Below are positions 1 to 7,541 of a DNA stretch of 10,719 nt, piece by piece. The stretch is from contig JASFEA010000108.1 of assembly GCA_050125095.1 (NCBI GenBank), forward strand, positions 1 to 10,719, given 5' to 3'. Position 1 is the stretch's first letter; the number at the start of each line of letters is the position of its first letter. The stretch comes from a bacterium (lineage in GTDB: Bacteria > Arandabacterota > Arandabacteria > Arandabacterales > JALGWA01). Both the position numbers and the translations under genes were made by a program. The notes below the pieces were generated by a model. It was not told the origin of the DNA. It did no database searches and saw only the letters and a list, made by a program, of their open reading frames with translations.

Positions 1-56
1 CCATTGCTCATTCTCCCTCACTGGGGTCGAGTTATATTACTCTCGTCATATATTAG

Positions 57-90
57 ATTATAGTTTAGTAAATATACGGGAGTCAGTCAA
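57..90 (-). promoter_or_regulatory. sigma70-like promoter for a gene starting at the left edge of the window
   Basis: Minus strand TTGACT(90-85)-N17-TAAACT(67-62), plus an overlapping perfect TATAAT (62-57). Downstream are an SD-like AGGGAG (~13-18) and an ATG at 4-2 running off the window. Confidence 0.55.
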
Positions 91-108
91 GGTTTTTCCC
101 GGCCCAGG

Positions 109-137
109 TTGACATTGCCTCCCGAATCATAGAGAAT
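109..137 (+). promoter_or_regulatory. sigma70-like promoter of mscS
   Basis: TTGACA(109-114)-N17-GAGAAT(132-137), about 100 nt upstream of the mscS ATG. Confidence 0.5.
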
Positions 138-241
138 GGCCCTGCATCTAATCTCTTATGGGACAGCCATATCGGGGCTTAATGGGAGCACGAGGCCCGA
201 ATCGGCAGGATATTCACTACACTTCAGGGGAGGGTTAGAAT

Positions 242-1060
242 ATGGATAGCATCATGGAGTTTATCAGGGCCAACGCCGCCATATACGGGGTCAGAATCAT
301 CACGGCGGTCATCGTATTCGCCATAGGCTGGCCTCTGGCCAGGGTGATTGCCGGCATTTTGGCCAAGATTATGCGGAAGGCCCATATCGATCCGACTCTG
401 GTGGGTTTTGTAAGAACGCTTGCGTATTTCGGCCTGCTCATCTTCGTGATCATAGCGGCCCTTGACCGGCTGGGCGTGCAGACCACGTCCCTGGTCGCTA
501 TTCTGGGCGCCGCCGGCCTGGCGGTGGGTCTTGCTCTGAAGGACACGCTTGCGAATTTCGGGGCAGGTGTTCTCATTATCCTTTTCAAGCCCTTCAAGGT
601 CGGTGACTTTGTCGACGCCGGGGGCCAGATGGGCACGGTGATGAGGGTCTCTGTGTTCAACACGATCCTGGGGAGCCCTGACAACCGCAAGATCATATTG
701 CCCAATTCGATGGTTCTTGCCACGGCCATCACCAATTTCAGCGATATCGAAATGCGGCGTATCGATATGGAGTTCGGCATCTCTTACGAAGACAACATCA
801 GGACCGCCAAGGACATCCTCATGAGGATAGTCACCTCCGACGAGCGCGTCCTCAAGGACCCGGCGCCCGTCGTGGCCGTCTCGGAGCTCGCCGACTCGAG
901 CGTTAACCTCGTCTGCCGTCCCTGGACCAGGCCCGAGGACTACTGGGGCGTGCGATTCGACACGATTGAGAAGGCCAAAGCCGAACTCGAGGCGGCCGGC
1001 ATCACCATACCGTTCCCGCAGCGGGACGTTCATATGTTCGAAGAGAAGAAAGCCGCCTGA
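242..1060 (+). CDS. mscS: Small-conductance mechanosensitive channel, MscS family (272 aa)
   Basis: Three N-terminal TM segments, pore helix 'SLVAILGAAGLAVGLALKDTLANFGAG', 'KPFKVGDFV', 'PNS', 'RRIDMEFGISY', C-terminal 'GITIPFPQRDVH'. SD GGGGAGGG at 227-234. Confidence 0.95.
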   Translation: MDSIMEFIRANAAIYGVRIITAVIVFAIGWPLARVIAGILAKIMRKAHIDPTLVGFVRTLAYFGLLIFVIIAALDRLGVQTTSLVAILGAAGLAVGLALKDTLANFGAGVLIILFKPFKVGDFVDAGGQMGTVMRVSVFNTILGSPDNRKIILPNSMVLATAITNFSDIEMRRIDMEFGISYEDNIRTAKDILMRIVTSDERVLKDPAPVVAVSELADSSVNLVCRPWTRPEDYWGVRFDTIEKAKAELEAAGITIPFPQRDVHMFEEKKAA

Positions 1061-1065
1061 GGAAC

Positions 1066-1244
1066 GGGGTCAGGTCTTGAAATGCACAGTGCATTTCAAG
1101 ACCTGACCCCTGCTTTCCCGGCACCCCCGGCAGAAGTGTAAAAGGCGTTCCGCCGAGGCATCGTGTTGTAAAGAAGCCACCGGTGGAACGCCAAGCAACC
1201 CGCAGGGCTTGCCACTGTGCATTTCAAGACCTGACCCCTGCTTT
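1066..1244. repeat. REP/REPIN-like palindromic intergenic element (GGGGTCAGGTCTTG...CAAGACCTGACCCC type)
   Basis: Perfect 22-1-22 palindrome at 1066-1110. The 28-mer GTGCATTTCAAGACCTGACCCCTGCTTT occurs at both 1089-1116 and 1217-1244. 1066-1091 and 1213-1238 are a perfect 26-bp inverted repeat. Lies between the convergent mscS and porin stop codons. Confidence 0.85.
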
Positions 1245-1273
1245 TGCTGGCCGCCGTCTTCTGACCTCTTAAT

Positions 1274-2470
1274 TTAGAATCCCGTGACGACTCCCAGCAC
1301 CACCCTGTTCTTGTGGGTGGTGAAGCTGTTGGTCCACTCCGCCATGAGGCGTATGTTCCTGGCAAGCAGGTATGTGTAGCTGGCGGTCAGTGTCTCGTAG
1401 TCCAGCTTGTTGAGCTGCGAGTCGACGCCGTTATAGAGCAGCACCAGGTAGTGCCGCGACTTCATGCGGTCACGGGCGCAGACAAGCTCGGCGACAAAGC
1501 CGTCGGTGGAGATGTCCGTGACGTCCTCCTGAACCAGGGGACTGGTGTCCTTGCGGCTGAGGTACTGGAGGGTGAATTCAAAGGGGCCTCCGGCCACATT
1601 GCAATCGACTCCCCAGTAGGTCACCTCGTTGGTGCCCGTCCTGCCTTCCATTTCCACGCCTTCCTTGCCGTAATAGAAGAAAGCGCCGGCGCCGCCGTAG
1701 TCGGTTATGGACTGGAATACCCTTAAGCCCCCGTTCTTGTACCTGTCGTTGTCGAAGTGCCCTGTTTCCTCATCCGCCTCGGGCTTGCCGTTTCCGTTCA
1801 CCAGCATACCTACCAGGTCGGTGCCCGTGCGGTCGATGCCGTAGGTGAGCATGAATCCCCGGTCATATGTGAGGTTGATTGCCGAGTAGCCGACCGAGAC
1901 CTTGTAGATCACGTAGTCTTCATAAGTCAGCCTGAGCTCGCGCTTCATCAGGGGGTCCGAAGTCTGGAACTGGCCCAGCATGATGTCGAAGGGAGCGCCG
2001 CCGATGTCGTTGAAATGAACGTAGGCGTCCTCTATCCCTGCGACCTCGCCGCGCTCCGACATGTAGAAGTAGAAGTAATAGCCGATGTTCTTATACACCG
2101 ACCCGCCGGACATTATCTTCATGCCCCAGGGTATCTGAAAGTCCGTATCGGTATCGGCCCCCTCTCTGTAGACTCCATAGGCGTCGAAACGAATCGACAG
2201 CGGGAAGGTCCTGGGGAGCCAGAGCATGTCGTCGCCCGCCGTGACGTAGTCGCGTTCCTTTTCCTCCTCAGGGATGTAGAAGCCGTTGCCCGCGAACTCA
2301 TCTCCGAAGTCCTTGAGCTTTGGGAAGGGCGCGTGGCACGTGCTGCAGGAGATCTTGTAGCGCCTGGCGAAAGCCGGGATGGCCTCCGCGCCCGGCGGCG
2401 TCAAGAGCGTTATTGTCGCGAACGCCATTACGGCCAGTGCGAGAGCCAGGATACATCTTCTGCGGAGCAT
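1274..2470 (-). CDS. Cyc2-like fused monoheme cytochrome c / outer-membrane beta-barrel porin (398 aa)
   Basis: Signal peptide ending AEA, then 'IPAFARRYKISCSTCHAPFPKLKDFGDEFAGNGF', which fits the Cyc2 N-terminal pattern (PxFAR..CxxCH..PxL..FG..F). The remainder is aromatic/Gly-rich amphipathic beta strands ending in C-terminal Phe (VVLGVVTGF). SD-like AAGGGGG upstream. Confidence 0.8.
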   Translation of the reverse strand: MLRRRCILALALAVMAFATITLLTPPGAEAIPAFARRYKISCSTCHAPFPKLKDFGDEFAGNGFYIPEEEKERDYVTAGDDMLWLPRTFPLSIRFDAYGVYREGADTDTDFQIPWGMKIMSGGSVYKNIGYYFYFYMSERGEVAGIEDAYVHFNDIGGAPFDIMLGQFQTSDPLMKRELRLTYEDYVIYKVSVGYSAINLTYDRGFMLTYGIDRTGTDLVGMLVNGNGKPEADEETGHFDNDRYKNGGLRVFQSITDYGGAGAFFYYGKEGVEMEGRTGTNEVTYWGVDCNVAGGPFEFTLQYLSRKDTSPLVQEDVTDISTDGFVAELVCARDRMKSRHYLVLLYNGVDSQLNKLDYETLTASYTYLLARNIRLMAEWTNSFTTHKNRVVLGVVTGF

Positions 2471-2522
2471 GGCTTAACCCCCTTCTGTTTCAGTGGATGT
2501 CGATCGCTCATTCATAGATCGC

Positions 2523-3869
2523 TCAGTCGTATACCTCTATATATGTCGAGGCCCTGTTTATCTCGATTACCTCGCTCTCCTCCTCGGGGACTTCGAGGAA
2601 GTCGGCGACGGGCTTCACGAGCTTCTGGTAATTCAAGACGGCGCTGAATTCAACCCGCCCGAGGGCTATGTCGTCCGGGAGCTCCCACGTGAAGCTCTCG
2701 ATCTTGGTCTCTCGCGGGCCTATGCGGTAATCGACGCCGAGGGACGCCGTGTTCCATTGCATTATGGTCATGCGCCCCTGCGGGTCGAAGTAGGGCATTC
2801 TGTAAATACGATCGCCCACCGGCACGCCGTCGCGCGCGACGCCTTCGAAACCGGGCATGCCGAGAGGCAGCCCCATGTCCTGGTAGGCCAGGACATCGGC
2901 GGCGATGGTGTACTCCTCTCCCTCGAAGCCTTTGGGGTCGACAGGGATATGGTATGTATTGCCGTCCACGTCCGTGGCCGTGACGTGAAGCCACATTATT
3001 CGATCTTCCACGGACCCGGTCGGCACCTTGTGGCCGGCCTTTGCATTGAAGAGCTGGACGGAGAGCAGCACTACCCCGCCGATCTCCACCTCGCGCTCGT
3101 CCGGGTGCATGCGCAGCTCCACAGCGCTCGCGAGCTTGCCGGGGTCATGGGCTCCGTGGAAGAGGTGCTGGCCCACCAGGTCTTCCCCGGCCATCTTCGC
3201 GCTCCTGCCGCGCGCCCGCGGTATGTGGCAGCGGTGGCACGGCACCTTCTCCGCGGCGTAGGGGCCCTCGCTCCACTCGATCTGGGTGGACTTGACCCAT
3301 ACGCCATAAGGACTCATTTCGTTGTGGCAGGTGCCGCAGAACTCGGCCGTCTGGATAAACTCGCTGTACTCGGTGTCGTGATGCGGCGATGAGCGTCCCG
3401 GCTTGGGGCCGTACTTGATGCGGCCGGGGCTGGATATGTAGTTGAAGTTGTAGGGCACTTCACCCGCGAAACCCGTGATGGTGTGGCAGACTTCGCATGA
3501 CACCGACTCGTTGGCCCTCGAGTTTTCCTCGGGTCTCGGCGGAGGGACGTCTCCCGCCAGATAGGCGATGGGGGTGTGGCACCCGTTACAGTCCGCCTTG
3601 ACGCCGGCGACCATATCGTCCACTTCCGAGTGGGGCACGGCGAGATTGAAGTACTCGATCTCGTCCCAGTGATGCGTGTACGCCTGGGACATCATCGCCT
3701 GCCTCCACTGCTGGTAGAAGTCCGTGTGGCAGCTTTTGCAGACGCCGGGTTTCTCGAAGTCGTCGTATTCGCGCGTGCCGAGGGCATCAACGCCATGTGG
3801 CCCGACCTGGGACATGATGATCGAGGCGGTGAGCATCGTGAATAGCAGAATGATTACAGGGGTGCGCAT
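2523..3869 (-). CDS. Secreted pentaheme c-type cytochrome (c554-like N-terminal heme domain plus ~230-aa heme-free C-terminal domain), 448 aa
   Basis: Five CxxCH motifs (CKSCH, CNGCH, CEVCH, CGTCH, CHRCH). Hydrophobic signal peptide MRTPVIILLFTMLTASIIMS. Start moved to ATG 3869 because of the SD AAGGAGG at 3874-3880. Contains 'GHKVPTG...R.MWLHV'. Confidence 0.9.
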   Translation of the reverse strand: MRTPVIILLFTMLTASIIMSQVGPHGVDALGTREYDDFEKPGVCKSCHTDFYQQWRQAMMSQAYTHHWDEIEYFNLAVPHSEVDDMVAGVKADCNGCHTPIAYLAGDVPPPRPEENSRANESVSCEVCHTITGFAGEVPYNFNYISSPGRIKYGPKPGRSSPHHDTEYSEFIQTAEFCGTCHNEMSPYGVWVKSTQIEWSEGPYAAEKVPCHRCHIPRARGRSAKMAGEDLVGQHLFHGAHDPGKLASAVELRMHPDEREVEIGGVVLLSVQLFNAKAGHKVPTGSVEDRIMWLHVTATDVDGNTYHIPVDPKGFEGEEYTIAADVLAYQDMGLPLGMPGFEGVARDGVPVGDRIYRMPYFDPQGRMTIMQWNTASLGVDYRIGPRETKIESFTWELPDDIALGRVEFSAVLNYQKLVKPVADFLEVPEEESEVIEINRASTYIEVYD

Positions 3870-3897
3870 ATTGCCTCCTTGCATTAAGGTCCCCGGA

Positions 3898-3925
3898 AGC
3901 ATAGCACACGGCCTTGATTTCTCAA
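3898..3925 (-). promoter_or_regulatory. sigma70-like promoter (extended -10) of the cytochrome/porin unit
   Basis: Minus strand TTGAGA(3925-3920)-N16-TATGCT(3903-3898), with TGn directly before the -10. Confidence 0.5.
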
Positions 3926-4025
3926 AATGGTAAAGCGATTGCCGGTGCAGCGGGATCGGTGCGGGATGAGAAGAGGGTGCGGTAGCCGGCTCCGGGCACT
4001 CTGCAGCGTGAGGCTTTCTGCGGCG

Positions 4026-6110
4026 TCAGGCCTTCTTCTTACGCTCTTCGATTATCTCTTCGGCCAGCTTGAACGGGACGGCTTCGTAGTTCTCGAAGTG
4101 CATCGTGAACTCGCCGCGGCCGCTGGTTATGGTACGGAGTTCGGAGGCATAGCCGAACATCTCCGCGAGCGGGACCCTTGCTCGCATGATTGAGACCTTG
4201 GCCTTGTTCTCCAGCTCCCCGATCTTCCCCCGCTTGGAACAGAGGCTCGACGTCACCGCTCCCACGTATTCCTCCGGGGCAGCGACCTCCACACTCATGA
4301 TGGGCTCGAGAAGCTCGAGGCCGGCCTTCTTGCATGCTTCCCGGAAACCGGTTCTCGCGCAGACGCGAAAGGCCTGGTCGGAGGAGTCTACTTCATGGAA
4401 TGACCCGTCGAGAATCGTGGCCTTGATGTCGACCATGGGACAGCCGGCATACGGGCCTTCGGCCATGGCGTCGACTATGCCGCGCTCCACGGCGGGTATG
4501 AACTGGCTGGGGATCCGGCCGCCCTGGACCCTGTTCTCGAAGCGGAAGCCTATGCCGGGTTCCCCGGGCTCGATCCGCATGATCACGTGGGCGTACTGGC
4601 CGTGGCCACCTGTCTGCTTGACGTGCCTGTAGTCGTGCTCGACGGGCCCTATTATGGTCTCGCGGTAGGCAACCTCCGGCTTACCGACCTCGACGCCGAC
4701 ATTGAACTCGCGCTTGAGCCGATCGACGATGACCTCGATATGTAGCTCGCCCATGCCGGATATAATAACCTCGCCGGTCTCCTCATGGGTCTTTACCGTG
4801 AAGGTCGGGTCCTCCTCCGAAAGGCGTGCCAGCGCCCGCCCGAGCTTGTCGCGGTCGGCGCGGCTCACCGGCTTGACGGCCATGTCTATTACCGGGGCGG
4901 GGAACTCGATTGACTCGAGCACAATGGGGTGATCCATGTTGCAGATGGTGTCCCCGGTATATGTGTCTGATAGCCCGACCACGGCGCCGACATTGCCGGC
5001 CGGGAGCTCGTCGATGACCTGTTGCTTGTTGGCGTGCATGAGGAAGAGCCGCCCGATGCGCTGCCTTCGGTCGCGCGTCGAATTGTAAACGAACTCGCCG
5101 GACCTGAGTGTCCCGGAATAAACGCGCACATAAGTGAGCTTTCCCATGTGCTTGTCCGACATGATCTTGAAGGCCAGCGCCGCCAGCGGCGCACCGTCAT
5201 GCGGGTGTCGCAACAGCTCCCGGCTGCTCTCGGTATGCGTGCCGATGACGGGCGGCAGATCGACCGGCGATGGCAGGTAATCGATGATTGCGTCAAGGAG
5301 CCGCCTCACCCCTTTGTTCTTAAAGGCCGCACCGCACAGCACGGGGATAATGCGCCCGTCAATGGTGGCCTTGCGCATGGCGCTGACCACTTCTTCATGC
5401 CCCGGCGTTTCGCCTTCGATGAACTTGCCCATGAGACGATCGTCCTGCTCGCTGATGCGCTCTATCATCACGGCTTCGGCCTCCCGCGCGCGCACCACAT
5501 AATCATCGGGTATGGCTTCCTCGCGAAGCTCTATGCCGTCGGCTGTATCGTCGTAGTATATGGCCTTCATGTCCACCAGGTCGATGAGCCCCCTGAAGGC
5601 CTCTCCCTCTCCTATGGGGATAACCACGGGTACGGCATTGGCGCCGAGCTCTTCTTTTATCTCTTTGACCACTCCATTGAAATCCGCGCCGACGCGGTCC
5701 ATTTTGTTTATGAACGCGATGCGGGGCACAAGGTATTTGACCGCCTGCCGCCAGACCGTCTCGGACTGGGGCTGAACGCCGCCGACGGCGCAGAAGAGCG
5801 CCACGGTGCCGTCCAGTACCCTGAGGGAGCGCTCGACCTCGGCGGTGAAATCGACATGGCCCGGAGTGTCGATGATATTGACTCTGTGGTCCTTCCAGTA
5901 AGTCGTGGTAGCGGCAGACGTGATTGTTATTCCGCGCTCCTTTTCCTGGGCCATCCAGTCCATCTGGGCCTCGCCGTCGTGCACCTCGCCCATCCTGTGG
6001 CTCTTTCCCGTGAAGTAGAGAATGCGCTCGGTGACCGTGGTCTTGCCCGCGTCGATGTGGGCCATCAGGCCGATGTTGCGGATCCTGCTTATGTCGAAAT
6101 TCGCAGCCAT
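4026..6110 (-). CDS. fusA: Translation elongation factor G, stand-alone copy (694 aa)
   Basis: G1 [10 protein letters not shown]2 ERGITI, G3 DTPGHVDF, G4 NKMD, 'GMGELH', domain IV 'KQTGGHGQY' and 'GSFHEVDSS', domain V 'LLEPIM...VPLAEMFGY'. Full EF-G length. Confidence 0.97.
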   Translation of the reverse strand: MAANFDISRIRNIGLMAHIDAGKTTVTERILYFTGKSHRMGEVHDGEAQMDWMAQEKERGITITSAATTTYWKDHRVNIIDTPGHVDFTAEVERSLRVLDGTVALFCAVGGVQPQSETVWRQAVKYLVPRIAFINKMDRVGADFNGVVKEIKEELGANAVPVVIPIGEGEAFRGLIDLVDMKAIYYDDTADGIELREEAIPDDYVVRAREAEAVMIERISEQDDRLMGKFIEGETPGHEEVVSAMRKATIDGRIIPVLCGAAFKNKGVRRLLDAIIDYLPSPVDLPPVIGTHTESSRELLRHPHDGAPLAALAFKIMSDKHMGKLTYVRVYSGTLRSGEFVYNSTRDRRQRIGRLFLMHANKQQVIDELPAGNVGAVVGLSDTYTGDTICNMDHPIVLESIEFPAPVIDMAVKPVSRADRDKLGRALARLSEEDPTFTVKTHEETGEVIISGMGELHIEVIVDRLKREFNVGVEVGKPEVAYRETIIGPVEHDYRHVKQTGGHGQYAHVIMRIEPGEPGIGFRFENRVQGGRIPSQFIPAVERGIVDAMAEGPYAGCPMVDIKATILDGSFHEVDSSDQAFRVCARTGFREACKKAGLELLEPIMSVEVAAPEEYVGAVTSSLCSKRGKIGELENKAKVSIMRARVPLAEMFGYASELRTITSGRGEFTMHFENYEAVPFKLAEEIIEERKKKA

Positions 6111-6175
6111 TGTACCGCCATGGTTATGTTCGTTATCTGTCGGGCTAAGCGCCTCTCGCAGGTAATTGCGCTAAA

Positions 6176-6205
6176 ACTATAACTCAGGCGGGTAAAAAGC
6201 AACAA
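6176..6205 (-). promoter_or_regulatory. Possible sigma70-like promoter of fusA
   Basis: Minus strand TTGTTG(6205-6200)-N18-TATAGT(6181-6176) in an AT-enriched intergenic gap. Confidence 0.35.
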
Positions 6206-6241
6206 GAACTCTGGCAGGACAGGTACTATTCATCTGAAGTG

Positions 6242-6454
6242 CTATTCGTCTGTGTGGGCATAGGAAGCGCTGCCGACCGCGGCTGTCTCGCGGTGCAGCG
6301 GATCGAACCTCTGCAGCACGGCCTGGCGCTCCTGGCGCACGCATTCCGGACAGAGCCATCCGCCCTCCACGAACTCGGCGCATTGCTTGCAGAGCGGTTT
6401 GCCGCATATCTCGCAGTCCATCGTCTTAGGGCGTTCGTGCACTTCACAGTACAT
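6242..6454 (-). CDS. Small B-box-type zinc finger protein (70 aa)
   Basis: C-x2-H-x7-C-x2-C-x4-C-x2-C-x9-C-x2-C (CEVH...CEIC...CKQC...CPEC). ATG at 6454 is preceded by the SD-like AGAGGT at 7 nt. Confidence 0.8.
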   Translation of the reverse strand: MYCEVHERPKTMDCEICGKPLCKQCAEFVEGGWLCPECVRQERQAVLQRFDPLHRETAAVGSASYAHTDE

Positions 6455-6525
6455 TACAAATACCTCTAGCGGGACTGGATCCATCTTCAGCTCTTTGGGG
6501 TTCCCTGCTCGGGTCACCGCTATAT

Positions 6526-6553
6526 GTATCGGCCGGTCGGTTTGCGGACTTTA
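6526..6553 (-). promoter_or_regulatory. sigma28 (FliA/SigD)-like promoter upstream of the zinc finger gene
   Basis: Minus strand TAAA(6553-6550)-N16-GCCGATAC(6533-6526), against the consensus TAAA-N15-GCCGATAA. Followed by AT-rich ATATAG. Confidence 0.55.
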
Positions 6554-6630
6554 AGGAAGATGTCCAGCCGGCGCGAAGATGGGGCGCGGACACGAAGATG
6601 TCGCCGGCGGTTGCGGCTAAGCTGTTGGCG

Positions 6631-7344
6631 CTAAAGGCCCAGGAACTGTATGGCCAGCCCGCTGAGGGTTATGGCGGCTCCCGCCAGGGCGTGCGAGTAG
6701 CGCTCCAGCTGCTTTATCGGGAGCCGCGAGATGCCCAGCGAGCATGCCATGACTATGCCGAGCATTGTGGATATGGTTACGACGCCGAACACGCCGGCTA
6801 CCAGCACGACCCCGGTGAAGCTGCTCTTGGCGGCAGGGTACATGAGGAGGGGTATCAGGGGCTCGCACGGCCCCAGAACGAATATGGTGAAGAGCACCCA
6901 TGGCGTCACGTTCTTCTTGCCCTGCTCCTCATGGGCATGGGTGTGGCCGTCGGTGTGGACATGCTCGTGGCTGTGAGCGACTCCGCATGAGTGGAAGTGC
7001 TTGTGTTCATGCGGCCGGTTCCTTATGGCCCGGCGGAGCCCCCAGGCGAAATACACGAGGCCGAAAGCTATGAGCAGCCAGGCCGCGAGGTTGCCCCGCA
7101 CGCCCTCCAGGGCCTCCAGCCGCGTAACGCCTATGCCGGCGGCGATGCCGATCATGCCGAGCAGTATTGAGCCGGCGATATGCCCGATTCCGCAGAGTGT
7201 GGTTATATATGCGGTCTTCGCAAGAGACCAGTTTCTCGCCCTGCCCATGACTATGAAGGGAAGGTAGTGGTCGGGCCCGAACAGGGTATGGAAGAAGCCG
7301 ATGGATGCGGCCGTGATTGTCAGTACCGCCAGTTCCTGTGACAC
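6631..7344 (-). CDS. His-rich nickel/cobalt transporter-like membrane protein (UreH/RcnA/NiCoT-related), 237 aa
   Basis: TM1 motif 'GFFHTLFGPDHYLP', 'GIGHIAGS', His-rich loop 'HEHKHFHSCGVAHSHEHVHTDGHTHAH', 'GPCEPLIP', about 6 TM segments. Start placed at GTG 7344 behind the strong SD GGAGGAGGAGGT. Confidence 0.8.
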   Translation of the reverse strand: MSQELAVLTITAASIGFFHTLFGPDHYLPFIVMGRARNWSLAKTAYITTLCGIGHIAGSILLGMIGIAAGIGVTRLEALEGVRGNLAAWLLIAFGLVYFAWGLRRAIRNRPHEHKHFHSCGVAHSHEHVHTDGHTHAHEEQGKKNVTPWVLFTIFVLGPCEPLIPLLMYPAAKSSFTGVVLVAGVFGVVTISTMLGIVMACSLGISRLPIKQLERYSHALAGAAITLSGLAIQFLGL

Positions 7345-7420
7345 GCTCTGAACCTCCTCCTCCTGCGGGGTCGCCGGGACCGCCGGGGGGGATCGCAGAA
7401 ACCCGGCCTGCCGCCGGGAC

Positions 7421-7455
7421 ATACATACTGTATGCATACGGCCCTGTGTCCGCAA
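7421..7455 (-). promoter_or_regulatory. sigma70-like promoter with overlapping palindromic operator for the Ni/Co transporter gene
   Basis: Minus strand TTGCGG(7455-7450)-N17-TACAGT(7432-7427). The imperfect 8-1-8 palindrome ATACATAC-T-GTATGCAT (7421-7437) and the perfect GTATGCATAC (7430-7439) cover the -10. Confidence 0.55.
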
Positions 7456-7541
7456 GGGTTTGTTGGGAGGTCATGGGGGCAGCGGTATTCACGGCGCCAG
7501 GACGGGTCCGAGTGGCACTAGTGAAAGATAGCGCCCGCGGC

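Noticed and set aside
115-215. Possible c-di-AMP (ydaO) riboswitch upstream of mscS (CCCGAATC at 121-128 and 196-203, GGGGCTTAAT)
   Set aside because: Only fragmentary resemblance. The GGAGGAACC- and CAGCTAAC-like conserved blocks are missing and the predicted promoter overlaps the 5' part. An Infernal scan would settle it.
1089-1244. 28-bp direct repeat as a mini CRISPR array
   Set aside because: Only two direct copies, a 100-bp spacer, a third inverted copy and no cas genes. Better explained as a REP-like element.
1096-1365. 89-aa minus-strand ORF crossing the repeat element
   Set aside because: Overlaps the porin 3' end out of frame and simply translates the repeat. No SD or domain evidence.
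2455-2470. Twin-arginine (Tat) signal in the porin (MLRRRC)
   Set aside because: No S/T-R-R-x-F-L consensus, and c-type cytochromes and beta-barrels are normally Sec-exported.
2523-2525. TGA of the multiheme cytochrome (and the TGA at 7839-7841) as selenocysteine
   Set aside because: No convincing SECIS hairpin or coding continuation. The porin gene has its own SD and signal peptide, and the frame upstream of 7841 meets TAG within 10 codons.
2502-2525. 9-bp direct repeat GATCGCTCA between the cytochrome and porin genes
   Set aside because: Too short, and one copy includes the stop codon. Probably a local duplication with no supportable function.
1274-7344. One large metal-related operon spanning transporter, zinc finger, fusA and cytochromes
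   Set aside because: The genes are co-oriented, but gaps of 130-180 bp each contain separate promoter-like elements and there is no evidence of a shared function.
7345-7420. NiCo or cobalamin riboswitch in the transporter leader
   Set aside because: GC-rich hairpins are present, but I cannot find the conserved cores of either riboswitch and the leader is short.
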